DNA from: the human T2T-CHM13v2.0 reference genome, Homo sapiens
Assembly (NCBI RefSeq): GCF_009914755.1
Contig: NC_060931.1
DNA: 64,000 nucleotides
Direction: 5' to 3' (one strand)
A program made the position numbers and the translations under genes. Positions 1-14,785 of the stretch are shown piece after piece. The notes below the pieces were generated by a model, which was given only the letters and a program-made list of their open reading frames with translations, searched no databases and was not told the origin of the DNA. Numbering within the stretch: the stretch's first letter is position 1; each line of letters begins with the position of its first letter.

Positions 1-171
1 TCACAGAATTAAGGCTTCATGGATACAGAATTGCTGGGGAAGCCTGGATCCTAGGGCCAGGAATGCTAAAATATACTATACTTAAAACTGAGAAGCTCTG
101 AAGCTCTAGGACCTTGTAATCCTGCTTACTCACAGTGGGAGAGAAATGAGATTGGTGTCTATAAAATGGGA

Positions 172-648
172 TGTGGTTGCTGCAGGACCATTTTCTGGGG
201 ATTTTGGACCAACCTAGTTCTCCCTTTGTTTTGCTTGTAGTTTTCAAGAATAACTATAGTATGTGCTGGGAATGCAACATTCTAAAATTAGCAAGGAGCA
301 GGCCAGAACAATCTGTGCTCTGTTCCGGCCCCTCTTCCCCCAAGTAGGATGTCCTTCAATTCTTTAGCCCAGCTCACAAGGCCCCAGAGTATACAATCCA
401 GGGTGAGCTGTCTTTCAGAATCCCTAAGCTGCAGTGCAAATGGGGCACATAAAGAGGAGACACCATCTGCCCTGGGCAATTTTCTCAAGCTTTGGGGGAC
501 CAGCTCACAATGGATCCTAGGCTTCTGTTGGCACATGTTGCCAATCTGTACTTAATGAATCCATTTCATGTAACTTTCTGGGCTTGAGGGTTCTGTCTCA
601 CCAAACTCAGACAAGTTGGTAACCAGTGCACAGCAAATCGGCTTCACA
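172..648 (+). mobile_element. ERVL-type solo LTR (MER54/MER74-like)
   Basis: Ends with ...caagttggtaaccagtgcacagcaaatcggcttcaca, resembling this group's terminus as I recall it; subfamily and left edge approximate. Confidence 0.55.
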
Positions 649-2599
649 GTTGCTCAGATGCTCATTTATAAGCTTGCATTTAAAACATGTCTGTAATAAA
701 ATGAATGTGAGATAAATAAACTAAGCCTACAAGTGGACATTAAGTAATTGACTTAGAATTTCATTCTGAAGAAGTAGAGTGTTAACTTATGGGAGCCCCT
801 ACAGGGGGATACACCTTGACACAGCTGACTTCACACAACCATTGTTGAAAGAAAGACATGTTGATTTTGCCTCAAATCAATCAATCAATAAAATATTTAT
901 AAATACCATAAAACCCCAATTTTTAAAAGAATTGTAATGCAATGTAAACAAGAGGGAGGCTCAATCCAAGCCAGCCCTTCCTCTCTCTCTCTCTCTCACT
1001 CCATAGTCAGCCTTCCAGCTGGCTGCATGGAGCTTGGTAGGTGGGATCAGGGTTTGGGTAAGGGTAAAAGGGGACATTTTTAAAGGATGCTGTTTGGCAG
1101 ATGGCTCACTCCTCTAGGACTGGTGAAGCGAAGCGGCAGCAGGCATGCTCAGGGTCTACACATAGGTCTGGTCTGCAATGAGGAAGCCTCTAGGATAGAC
1201 ATAGAGGTTACTCTTTTTTCCCTTTTGGGCTAATGGTGAAACTTCCAGAATGCAGCATGAGGCTTTTGGTACTAACTCCTCCACCATTAAGTCCATCTGA
1301 GGATGATGACAGAGAGACAAATATATTGAGGGAGGATTATGCTCTAGGTGTAGACAAACTGGAAGACAGAAAGTTGTGTTAACGAATGTTCACATTACTT
1401 TTGAGGAGTGTGTGTGTGGGTGTGTGTTCTTGTGTGTCTGTGATGTATGTGTTTTAAGAGATTAAAAAAAGAATAATTGTATCAGAAAATATAGGCTGCC
1501 CACTTGAAGCCTTCTCATAGCAAAGAGTAATGAAGGCCTTGCAAGTCTGCCTGCCTTCTTGGTTCATTGGTTCCTATAAATACATGGATTTGGAAGAAGT
1601 ATCAAAGATACACATTAAATCTTTTTTACATATCATGTATTTTTCTCAATAGATTAATAATGAACAAAACTCCTTTAGTCCTTCTGTATTTTATTTAGTT
1701 ACACACAACATTAAAAACCCAATAAAAAAGAAAAGAAAAATATAACTCTTCCAAAAGTCGAATTTTTGATTGGTCCACACTTGCCCTCTGTCCCAAGATC
1801 CTTTTTTCCAGGATCTAACATAATAGGTCTAGTTTTACATTCTTTTTTAGTGCACTGTTTATATTAATATTGGCTTGTAAATGCTTGGCTGTGATAGACA
1901 GCATGTGAAGCTCCCTGTGATCTCTGAGTGGCTATGGTCTTGAATCCTGGGGATGAGCACTAATTTTCATTGTCATTACTCTATTGCACAATTACTTTTC
2001 CTTGTATTGCTAATAAGCAGCTTGTCTCTGGTTATACACTCTCACCTAGTTGGATTTTTTTTTCCACTGGAGTAAGAAAAGCTACATGAAGCAAGTAGAA
2101 CAGAACAACTTGTTCCCTATGTGCTGGCCATTGGCCTGCGTGGGCATCCAGCCCTACCATGGAATATCTTTTCTGTAAGCAACAATAGAACCTCATTACA
2201 ACTGGGATGCTTATGACAGGGCAAGAAGTCTCATAACTATGATTTTTTTCCTTTGTGCTACTCTTTCTACTGATCACTAGCAAACCTCCCCCCAAAATTG
2301 GGTATTGTATCTTTCCCTAAAGTTATCCACTTATCCATAATCTTCTTGAGCCAAAAGTGACTCCAGAAATCAATGTATTCAAGCAATATCATTTGATAAT
2401 GTTGTTTATTCATCTAAAGTGAACTAATTATCTATCAAGATGTGAAAGTCTTATGGTATGCCCAATTCTTTTTTTCAAAGTACAATGAATTTCTTCAAAA
2501 GACTGTAACTGTAATGAGCCCTGAATTTCTACAAACAAGCTCATCCAAGAAATCTGTATACTGTCCAACACTCACCCTCCCAAAACAAAACTGGTCATC

Positions 2600-3110
2600 C
2601 CAGCTTCGACTCATCTATTATTTTATACAACAAATGGGAGAGATTTCCAGTTGTCCAGGCACTATGCTGTTTGTTGGGATTATAAAAATTCACCCAGTGA
2701 AAACATCCCTGTCTTCACAGTTATATTCTACTGAGCAAGGAACATATATAAACAAATAGTTACAATAGGGTATCAGAATGTTAATGATATAATTCAATAC
2801 AGGGTAAAAATGAATACAGATTCAGCATCATCAGTTATTCCCTGGAACATCAGAAAAGACTTTAGAGAGTGTTAGTCACAAAACAGTCTAAATGTTCAAT
2901 AAGAGTTTTTAGTTATGAAATGGGAAAGTGATCTCAGGAGAGATGTGACTAGATAATCTATGGTAGAAATTACACGATGACCTTGGGAAACTAAACTAAT
3001 TGGGCATGGTCAAAATTTAAAATCTGATCTCTATTGCTATGAGAGTTGAGATAGGAGAGACAGGCAGGGGACTGGTAATGGGGACATGCTAGGAGCTTTC
3101 ACTTCCTTCT
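2600..3110 (-). mobile_element. L2 LINE fragment (diverged)
   Basis: ccaggcactatgctg...gggattataaaa resembles the antisense L2 3' end. Confidence 0.45.
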
Positions 3111-3744
3111 CAAATCCTCCTCAACCTCACACAAATAGAGATTAGAGCCTTATGTCCCTAAGCTGCTTAAGTCTTCAGCTTTTAAGACTCCATAGTATAC
3201 TATTCAAATTTCATAATCATACATTACAATGTGTTTTCAAGGACTATTATTTTATTTGTCTGAAACATTCTCTCATGGCTCATTATTTCACAACTGATCT
3301 TCGTGCATAAAACACTGTTTATGTGTAGCACATTCTATGAAACATAAAACCAATGTTTCCAAAGGCACTGTTTTATCATGGCTCATCTAGATTCCAAAGT
3401 CCACAATAACCCAGATGATCCATGTGGTCATATCATGCTCTTCACAAGTACATGCCTCTGCTTTATAACACTTGCAACAATATTGACTCAACTGTCCCAA
3501 TTCCAATTCTTTCTGGGAGTGAGGGGTTATGCTTCTCCTTGCTCTCAAACTCCATTCTAAGTCCTGAGTTTGTTCATTCTAAGTCTAAAAAAAAAAAATA
3601 CATAAAAGAGAAACAACCCTCTTTATAACTTCAAAATACCTCAAGGTCACCAAAAATCTTACCTCTAGTATGAAGGACTTGACAATAATATATAATGACT
3701 ACTTAAACCACAGGACTCCTAAATTCCATCAGATTAGAGGCTGT

Positions 3745-4400
3745 TACCTTAACATTTGGTGCTCAATGAGCATTTACTGAATAAGGTGAATAACTGATTA
3801 ATCTCCTACCTTGTTCCATGAGGGCAGGGATCATACCTGATTTATTCCTGGCACTATGTCTGGCACAAAACAAATGGTTAATAAATGATTGTCAAATGAA
3901 CTTCCCCTTTTCTTATGACACAAAACACAACCTTATGTTCTTGGTACATGATATACATTATGTTCTTCGTACATGATTATCACCACAGGACTACGTTATT
4001 TTTGCTGTCTCCTAGTGCCTTTATTTTATGAATACATGTCTTCTTCCTCTAACAGAAGGCAAACTTGTCATTATTTTCTTCTGCTTATTCAATGCAGCAA
4101 ACATTCACTGAGCCTACCAGTTCTGTTATGCATTTAAAGGATACAACAATAAATAAGATGTAGTGACTCAAGGAACAAACTCATGAAACTAACATGTTAA
4201 CACCTGATGAACACATTGTGTCCCAGAAAAGTTGATAGGAAAAGATGTTTAATTCTAATGAAGAGAAAATGGAAGACTCTGGAGAAAGGGTCTCTTGATT
4301 TGGCCATGTGGATGCAAGAACATCTATGAACAAAAGGGGGCAGCAAAGTTTGGGAACGTCTAAAAAAATGAGTGTAACTAAGATGTAGAATACATGAAAA
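3745..4400. mobile_element. L2 3'-end fragments in both orientations
   Basis: ctggcacaaaacaaatggttaataaatg (+) and ttattcaatgcagcaaacattcactgagcctacc (-). Confidence 0.5.
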
Positions 4401-4407
4401 AGAATAA

Positions 4408-7400
4408 TGAGGGGAGAGGTGGAGCAAGGTGGCAGAATAGAATGCTCCACTTATCATCTCCCCAACAAGGACACCTATTTAACAACTATCTACACACAAA
4501 AAAACACCTTCATAAGAACCAACAATCAGGTGAGCACTCACAGTATCTGGTTTTAACTTCATATCACTGAAAGAGGCACCGAAGAGGTAGGAAAAACAGT
4601 CTTGAATCATCTATGCCTCCCCTCCCTCATCCTTTGGCAGTGGCTTTGCAGCATGGAGAGAGAATATGTCCACTTGGGAGAGGGAGAGTGCAGCAAGTGT
4701 GAGACATTGCATTTAATTCAGTGCTGCTCTGTTATAGCAGAAAGCAAAATTGGACCAAACTCAGCTGATGCCCACCTACAGAGAAAGCCTTTCAACCAGC
4801 CCTAGCCAGAGGGGAATCACCCATCCTGTCAGTCGGAACTTGAGTTCCTGCAAGCATAGCCACCTTGGGCTGGAGTGCTCTGGGGCACTAAGTAAACTTG
4901 AAAGGCATCTAGGCCACAAGGTCTGCAACTCCTAGGCAAGTTCTAGTGCTGAACTCAGTTCAGAGCTAGTGGACTGGGGCGGGGAGGGGTACATGATGTA
5001 CTGAGACACCAGTCAGGGCAGCTAAGGGAGTGCTGGTTCCACCCCTCCTCTATCCTGAGGCTGCAGAGCTCGTTGCTCCAATATAGACCCCTTCCTTCTG
5101 CTTAAAGAGAGGAAATGGAAGAATGGGGAGGAATTTGTCTTGCATCTGGGATATCAGCTCAGCCACAGCAGGATAGGACACTGGTCAGAGTCATGAGGCC
5201 CCCTTTTCAGGCCTTAGCTCCTGACCAACATTTTTAGCCACATTCTGGGACAAAAGGGAAACCACCCCCTTGAAGAGAAGAACCCAGTCCTGGCAAGATT
5301 CATCAGTGGCTAACTGAAGAGCCCCTGCACCCTAAATAACCAGCTGATACCTATGTAGCATGTCATGAGCTTTGGATGAGATCCTGAAACTTGTTGGCTT
5401 CAGGTGAGACTCAGAACCTTCCCAGCTATGGTGACTATGGGGAGAGATTGTTTCTCCTTGAGAAAAATGGAGGAACAAGTAAAGGAGACTTTGTCTTGCA
5501 CATTAGGTACCATCTCTGCCACAGCGGGGTAGAATGTCAAACAGGCTCTTTGGGTACCTGAGCCAAGGTATCGAGACCTTGGCTCTTAGATGGTATTTCT
5601 AGACCTGCTCTAAGCCAAAGAGGAGCCCACTGCCCTGAACGGTGAGTCCCACATCAGTCAGCATTCACCATAATCTGACTGCAAAGCCCTTGAGTCTTAA
5701 GGAAACATTAACAGTAGCCTGGCAGTACTCTCTATGGGCCTGTGGTGGCAACAGCCATGGGGTGAGGCTCCTCTGCCTTTGGAAATGGGAGGGAAGAGTT
5801 GGAAGGACTACATCTTGTGGTTTGAGTGCCAGCACAGCTCCAGTACAATAGAACACAAGGTAAACTTTTAAGTTTTTTAACTCTCATCCCTGGCTCCTGG
5901 ACAGCATATCTGGACCTGGCCAGGGAACTCACTACCCTGAAGGAAAGGACACAGGCCTGGCTGGCTTTGCCACTTGTTGGTGGTAGAGCCTCAGGGCCTT
6001 GAGAGAACATAGATGGTAGCCAAAGAATGGTTCCAGCAAGCCTTGAGTGAGACCCAGTCCTGTGTTAGCTTCATGTATGACCCAACACAGTCCTAGTGCT
6101 GGTGGCCACAGGGGTGTTTATGTCACTACACCCCTAGCTCCAGGCAGCTCAGAACAGAGAGAGACTCCATTTGTGTAGTAGAAAGTAACAGAAGAGAACA
6201 AGAGACTCTGCCTGGTAATCCAGAGATTCCTTCTAGATCTTGTCCAAGACCTTCAAGGTGATACCTCTATGAGTCGGCAAGAACCACAGCACTACTGGAC
6301 TTTGGGTGCCCCCTAATGCAGATACAGCATAGATCACAACACTTAAGTATTTTGGAACACCTGGAAAGACTTCCCAAGAAGGATGAGTACAAACAACCCT
6401 AGACTGTGAAGACTACAGTAAATACCTAACTCTTCAATGCGCAGACACCAACAAACATCCACAAGCATCAAGTCCATTCAACATAATATGACCTCACTAA
6501 ATGAGTCAAATAAGACACCAGGGACCAATCCTAGAGAAACAAAGATATGTGACCTTTCAGACATAATTCAAAATAGCTATTTTGAGGAAACTCAAAGAAA
6601 TTCAAGAAAACACAGAGAAGGAATTCAGAATTCTATCAGAGAAATTTAACAATGAAATTGAAATAATTTAAAAGAATTAAGCAGTTCTGGAACTGAAAAA
6701 TGCAATTGGCATATTGAAGAATGCATCAGAGTCTTGAGAGCAGAATTGATTAAGCAGAAGAAACAATTTGTGAGCTTGAAGACTGGCTATTTGAAAATAC
6801 ATAGAGAAGACAAAAGAAAAAACAGTAAAAAACAATGAAGCACACCTACAGGATCTAGTAAATAGCCTCAAAAGGGCAAATCTAAGAGTTAATTGGAATT
6901 AAAGAGAAAGATAGGAGCAGAAAGTTTATTCAAAGGGATAACAACAAAGAACTTTCCAAACATAGAGAAAGATCTCAATATTCAAGTAGAAGAAGGTTAT
7001 AGAATACCCAGCAGATTTAACCCACAGATGACTACCCTCAAGGCATGTAATAATCAAAATCCCAAAGGTCAAGGATAAAGAAAGGATCCCAAAACAGCAA
7101 GAAAAAAGAAACAAATTAATATACAATAGATCTCCAGTATGTCTGGTAGCAGACCCAAAAGATATTGGCATGACATATTTGAAGTGCTGAAGGAAAAAAT
7201 ATTTTACCCTAGAATAGTATACCCAGCAAAAATATCCTTCAAATATGAAGGGAAAATAAAGACTTTCCCAGACAAATAAAAGCTGAGGGATTTCATTAAC
7301 ATCAGACCTGTAGTACAAGAAATGCTAAAGTGAGTATGTCAATCAGAGAGAAAAGGACTTTGATGAGCAATGAGAAATCATCTGAAGGTACAAAACTCAT

Positions 7401-8044
7401 CATTAATAGTAGGTGACCAAAAACCAGAATATTATAACACTGTAACTGTGGTGTGTAAACTACTCTTAGGTAGAAAGACTAAACAATTAACTAATCAAAA
7501 ATAATAATTCCAACAATGTTTCAAGACATAGACAGTACACTAAGATATAAATAGAAGTAGCAAAAAGTTAAAACTTGGGGGGAAAAGGTAAAGTGTAGAG
7601 TCTTTATTAGGTTTTTTTCTTACCTGTTTATTTATGCAAACCATGTTTTTATCAGCTTAAAATAATGGGTTACAAGATGGTATTTGCAAGCTTCATGGTA
7701 ACCTCAAACCAGAAAACGTTTAACAAATACAACAAAAAATAAGAAGCAAGAAATTAAATCATATAACCAGAGGAAATAACCTTCACTAAAAGGAAGACAG
7801 GAAGGAAGGAAGGAAGGAAGGAAGGAAGGAAGGAAGGAAGGAAGGAAGGAAGGAAGGGAGGGAGGGAGGGAGGGAGGGAGGGAGGGAGGGAGGGAGGGAA
7901 GGAAGAAGGAAGAGACAGCCGCAAAACAACCAGAAAACAAATAACAAAATGGCAGGAGTAAGTCCTTACTTATCAGTAACAACACTGAATATAAATGGAC
8001 TAAACTCTTTAATCAAGAGTTTAATCAGAATTTAATCAAAAGAT
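4408..8044 (+). mobile_element. Old L1 (L1MA-type): 5'UTR, degraded ORF1, spacer and first codons of ORF2; 3'-truncated
   Basis: 5' end ggggagaggtggagcaaggtggcagaatag; three ~330-bp UTR monomers (5109, 5462, 5781); ORF1-like peptide ESLFKGITTKNFPNIEKD; ORF2-like start atggcaggagtaagtccttacttatc near 7949. Confidence 0.85.
7800..7899. repeat. Compound microsatellite (GGAA)14(GGGA)11
   Basis: Counted directly from the sequence. Confidence 0.95.
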
Positions 8045-8059
8045 CTTAACATATCTCAC

Positions 8060-9330
<1,271 letters not shown>

Positions 9331-9433
9331 CAGTAGCACCAACATGTGTACCCACCACCTTCTCAAGTGTGGCTTTATAAGATGTTCATCATGGTTGAGT
9401 GAGGATAAGGGAAAGAATAGTCTGTTTCTTTTA

Positions 9434-9781
9434 TGATATGGTTTGGCTGTGTCCCCATGCAAATCTCATCTTGAATTCCTATGTGTTGTGGGAAGGACCC
9501 TGTGGGAGGTCATTGAATCACGGGGGCAGGCCTTTCCCATGCTGTTCTGGTGATAGTGAATAAGTCTCACAAGATCTGATAGTTTTAAAAGGAGGAGTTC
9601 CCCTGTACAAGCTCTCTCTCTTTGCCTGCTGCCATCCATGTAAGACGTTACTTGCTCCTCCTTGCCTTCCACCATGCTTGTGAGATCTTCCCAGCCAAGT
9701 GGAATTGTAAGTCCATTACACCTCTTTTTCTTCCCAGTCTTGAGTATGTCTTTATCAGCAGCCTGAAAATGGACTAACACA
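9434..9781 (+). mobile_element. THE1 (MaLR) solo LTR
   Basis: TGATATGGTTTGGCTGTGTCCCC...GGACTAACACA with 5-bp TSD TTTTA (9429-9433, 9782-9786). Confidence 0.92.
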
Positions 9782-9869
9782 TTTTATGATTGGTGCAAAT
9801 TGGCTACTGATAAAAATCCTGATGATAGGAAAATTTCAAATTTCCTTATAGTAAAAATACTACTTAATT

Positions 9870-10843
9870 TAATTTTTAGAGACAAGGAAAAACATTTTGC
9901 AGAGTTTGGCTCCACTATTGAAAAAGGGATGCTTTAGGTTGAACCATTGTAGCCTCAGATTCTATCTTTTCCTAAATAAACACATTAAAGCCTCATGTGT
10001 GAAATTATTTTTTAAAAATATTTATCTGGATTTAAAGAATAACAGATCAACAGATACCTCTCAATGTGTTTGCTAATTAATAAAAATCAGTTTCTTACAA
10101 CTAATGTTTGTAAGAAAATGTTCATTTTAAGTGCTAAATAGTGAAGAAAATTTATCACCTAAAATACACCCATCAATATAAGGCAAGAAAAAATCTTAAC
10201 ATGCAGCCATTCGCTTTTGCCATGCCCTGTCCTGTTTACTTCTTAAGAGGTTTATTTTTGTACTTTTGCAGAATAAACTTTAGTAATCTAGAACTGGAAG
10301 GTACTATATATGTATGTGTGTGTATATATATATATAAAAGAAAAACATATATATATTTCAATTACTTGAAATGTAAAAACTTACCGAATACAAATGGAAA
10401 AAGTGATGTGTATTATATCATATTGCTTTTTGTCCATCTTTGTGATTTATTTACTCACTTCATGTTTTTCATTTACAAAATTGTCAAGCTAGCCAAAATA
10501 ATTCTTGTTTTCTTAATTGGGAGAGAAGAGACCTGACAGATTATCTATACTCTTCATATGTTAAAAGACCATTTCCTGTAAAACTGACCTAGTGCACAAA
10601 CTGAATTTGAAATAGACTGTGAAGTAAACTATAACTTGTCCTTTTAATTTTGTTTAACATGGTTACTGACTTACATGATGTATTGAATATCAAGATAAAG
10701 AAAAATGTGTCTAAAAGCTAATTAGAATTCTCTGGGTCACCAAGTCAAGGTGCTATTGATCTGGGTTAATCTGAGTAACTTATTGTCTAGCCTATAAATA
10801 AGTTCCAAAATATCGAATTCAAAAAAAAAAAAAAAAAAAAAAA
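9870..10843 (+). pseudogene. Retroposed mRNA 3'UTR fragment (5'-truncated processed pseudogene); parent gene not identified
   Basis: ~1 kb of non-TE, AU-rich sequence ending in AATAAG (10797-10802), then 18 nt, then a pure A23 tract (10821-10843); left boundary uncertain. Confidence 0.65.
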
Positions 10844-10940
10844 GAAGATCTCCCAATCACCACTATTGGGTCCTGGAAGAAATCTTCTGTTATAAGGTTT
10901 TGAGAGGTCTTAAAAACAACTTATAAATAGTATGTGATTA

Positions 10941-11290
<350 letters not shown>

Positions 11291-11834
11291 GCAAGATTCT
11301 GGGTCAGATTACCAGATACCAATTTTTAATCATTAGTTGTTTTACTTGAGAGGATTTTTAGAAAAACAACTTAGCCTTACATTCCTGGTATGTCAAGGAA
11401 AAAAGCAAACAAAATACATAAAATAAAAATAAATTATGAATAAATGAATGTAGAAGGGAATGAGTTTTGAAAAAATTTGCGCTGTGGATTTGCAACATCC
11501 CCCCATTGCCTTTAACTTTTTATCCACATTTTGTCTGAGACGCACACTGAAAAACATCAATATTGAAAGATTCTAGCAGAGATTCTATAAGCTTCATATT
11601 GCTATATCCGCTCCTGTTAAGCCCACCATTTTGAACTAAGCATGACCATAATATTAGCATGTAATATTATAGAATATATGCGTGACATTTCCATTCTGAA
11701 GCAGTTTCACTTGTTCTGCCAAATTACTTATAAGAATCCTAATGATAAGCAGAAATGATAGCAAAAGGAATTTAAAGCAGTAGGATTATCTATCATAATG
11801 TTTTGTATAGACAGAGATTTTCAGTGCAATTGAG

Positions 11835-11972
11835 TAAATTAGTAGAAATGCAATTACCATGTCATATTTAACTCTGTGCTTTAGTTTTGTAAGAAACTAC
11901 CAAACTCTCTACCAAAGTGGTTGCACCATTTCACATTTCATCTGCCAACGGATGAGAGTTTCTGTTGCTCCT
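11835..11972 (-). mobile_element. Old L1 ORF2 3' fragment
   Basis: aagaaactaccaaactc...caaagtggttgcaccatttcacatt antisense L1 motif. Confidence 0.7.
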
Positions 11973-12564
11973 TGTTAATTTAGTTTACACTGAAATTACC
12001 CAGCCTTTTAATTACTCACTATTTGTATAAGATTCGTTCTAAATAAACCTTAATTCTTTTCTGAAATATTAGAAAGGCTAATTTGTGTGACTTGCAGAGA
12101 TATCCAGAAATACACATTTAAAGAATGCAAGTCCCTTTGCTCAGATGCCAAACTCAGCACCCTGACTTTCTATTGGCAGCTTGGTACTTCCATAGACAAA
12201 CACACTCAGAAAGGTGCTTTCTACAAAGAAAGAGCATTGGTTCCCACAGCAAGAAGGTTGCTCCTTAACCATGAATTGGCATGTAGATGTGTGAATCAGA
12301 TCCTGTAAACTTTGTTACTGTGAGTCACTCACCCAGAGCTGGTTAGTTGTAAATCAACTTCAACTTTGATTTCCTGAACTTCAACACCTGAAGTCCAGAG
12401 TCAAGACAGATGGTCATTTTCCAGCATGGGGAGTGAGCTGGACCAAATATTTCTGTTTTACCAATTGTCACAGATAAAGCCTGTGTTATGATTCTCATAC
12501 GTGATATAAGAGCAGGTATTTAGAATAATTTGGAATATGTATAATCAACTGACCTTGGAAAGGA

Positions 12565-12805
12565 AATACAGTATGTTTAAAACATAAACTTTGAAGTTGG
12601 AACTAAATTTAAATTTTGGGTCCTTCATTTATTGGCTGTATAACCTTGGCAAAGCTCATAACTTCTACAGTCCTTGGTTTTCTCGTAAAAAGGATGTGTG
12701 TGTATATATATTCACACATATATACACACACGTATCTCATTAGGATGTTGCAGGAATAAAGTGAAAAATTACTTGGTAAATTATAAAGCACTGTGTATAA
12801 GGCAC
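12565..12805 (+). mobile_element. MIR SINE
   Basis: ggctgtataaccttggcaaag...tctcattaggatgttgcaggaataaa core-like sequence. Confidence 0.65.
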
Positions 12806-14639
12806 CGTGTGGATATTGGTCACTATTCAGTAGTAGTTAAACTGAGAATTACAAGATTGTGGAACAATTTCATTATACCTGGAATTCCATAGATATCCTA
12901 GGAGCCTCAAAACAGGCTGGCCTGATTTTGAAGAATTGTAAAAGAGAAGTCAGTTTCTCTTTAAGGCAATTTCACCCAATGCACATGCACATAACTGGAA
13001 AAAATAAAATGACAAATAAGTATACAGGATTCCACCATAAGCATATGTCTCATTGGTATGAAGTTATGTTGACTAATCTTAAATTATTTTTATTGGCTAT
13101 TTGGTTTTAATTATGTTATGTTATATTCACTGGATAATATATATGTTAATATATTATATATCTTAATTAGGTTATGTTATATTCACTGGATAATAGGTTC
13201 TATTAAGTCAAGGTCCCAACCTAATAAATTCTCTTTCTGTCACATTTTAAGTTATTTCATTAGTGTACTCAAAGAGAAATTATCAAGTACATTTACTATT
13301 TTTGATAATAAATACAATAATAATAAACAAATATTAGCTTACCCTCGTTTGATTATTTTCACAAGGTAGGCACTGTGCGGGGGCACTTCCTAAATATTTC
13401 TCCATTTTAGTTTCATATCCAACTGCAATGCAGTTTTTACTTCAAGATTGCAGATGAGGAAAAGGAGTATCTGAAAGCGTAGAGGAGTCTCTATGGCAAT
13501 ATACAAATGCCAGTTTAGTATGTTTTTACCTCTCTTCAGAGAAAAAAATGGTCGTTTAGTTAGTCATGTTTACCTTTGAAAACTATGTTCTCAATAACCC
13601 AGCATCAGAAGCTTTACAAGGAGGTAGTACCAGGAAAGAGCATGCTTGACTTAGCTCTGTGGTTAACAGTAGACGTTGAACTATCCAAGGCTGTGAAATA
13701 AGCAGTTACGTGACACACAGTTCCTTGAATTGTAACTTAATACCCAGCTTTCTCATGTCCTTAGGCAAATATTAAAAATTCAATTGCTCACAGCTCTCAG
13801 TAATGCATTTCTCCACAGGCGGAAAGGAGATGAAAGAAGAGGGAAAGCTGGCCTTTGTAGTGAAAGCAGGTTCAAATTTGTTCAAATTAGCCAGCCAGCC
13901 AATCATCAAAGAGAGTTTTAGTCCATGGAGTTGCAGTACCACTAGCAGCCTTCTGAAGGGAATGAAAACCCGTAATAGCGTTTCCGGTCTGCCCTTATCT
14001 TATATACTTGCATTAAGGTATTATTTGTGAAAATGAGAGATGGAATAAAATTCATAAACAAATAGAAAACTCACCGCAAGTAGGATACCTTTTAAAGTTA
14101 TCCAGTATTCTTCCTGAGTCTGCCAGTCTCCAGGGCCTCAGCCTGTGGACTTTTGCATGGCTGTGGTTGCTAGGGCAATATGCATGATTCCCACCAGAGT
14201 GCAAATCAGGCGAGAGCCTTCCAGCCTTGGTTTTTTCAAAGAATACATTTCATATCAATATAAGGACTAAAGATACAATTACTGCAGGGAAATCATTGCC
14301 TTAAAGAGATGTCAGAGACCAACTAAAAAATTTTGTTGCAGAGACAGAAGGAAATTATTGGAATCATCTACTTAGCAACAATTATTAAAAGGAAGATGAG
14401 GTATAACAGAGCTATCTAAGAAGAACAAAATATAAAATAGGCTAGTAAAGATAAGACAGGAATTTAAGAAAATTCAGATGGAGATATCAGACAGAGGGAA
14501 AACTCTCCATACTCTGGTAGAGCACACTGGTGCCGTAGTGGTCTTGGTGAAGTAGTTTCATCAGCCAGTATGCAGATCCTAAAAGAAAGCTGCAGGTGCT
14601 TAAGTCACCTCTGTCCCTGACAGGGTGATTCAGCAAAGG

Positions 14640-14785
14640 ATAGTCATGCATGCTTTTCTTCAGTTTCCTCACTTGCAAAATAAGACAAAATATGACTTGT
14701 CTCATAGGTAAATGATGAGGAGTATAAATACTTTTTTAAAAAAAAATAGATGCTTCAAGTGCTTAGCCCCGTGTCTGGTCGATCA
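14640..14785 (+). mobile_element. MIR fragment
   Basis: cttcagtttcctcacttgcaaaata...tctcatagg. Confidence 0.55.

Noticed and set aside
7704-7985. 93-aa ORF with PPSL/PSFL repeats
   Set aside because: Antisense reading of the (GGAA)(GGGA) microsatellite inside an L1
10141-10536. 131-aa ORF within the retrocopy
   Set aside because: GTG start and AT/microsatellite-derived composition; the region looks like UTR. I could not name the parent gene with confidence
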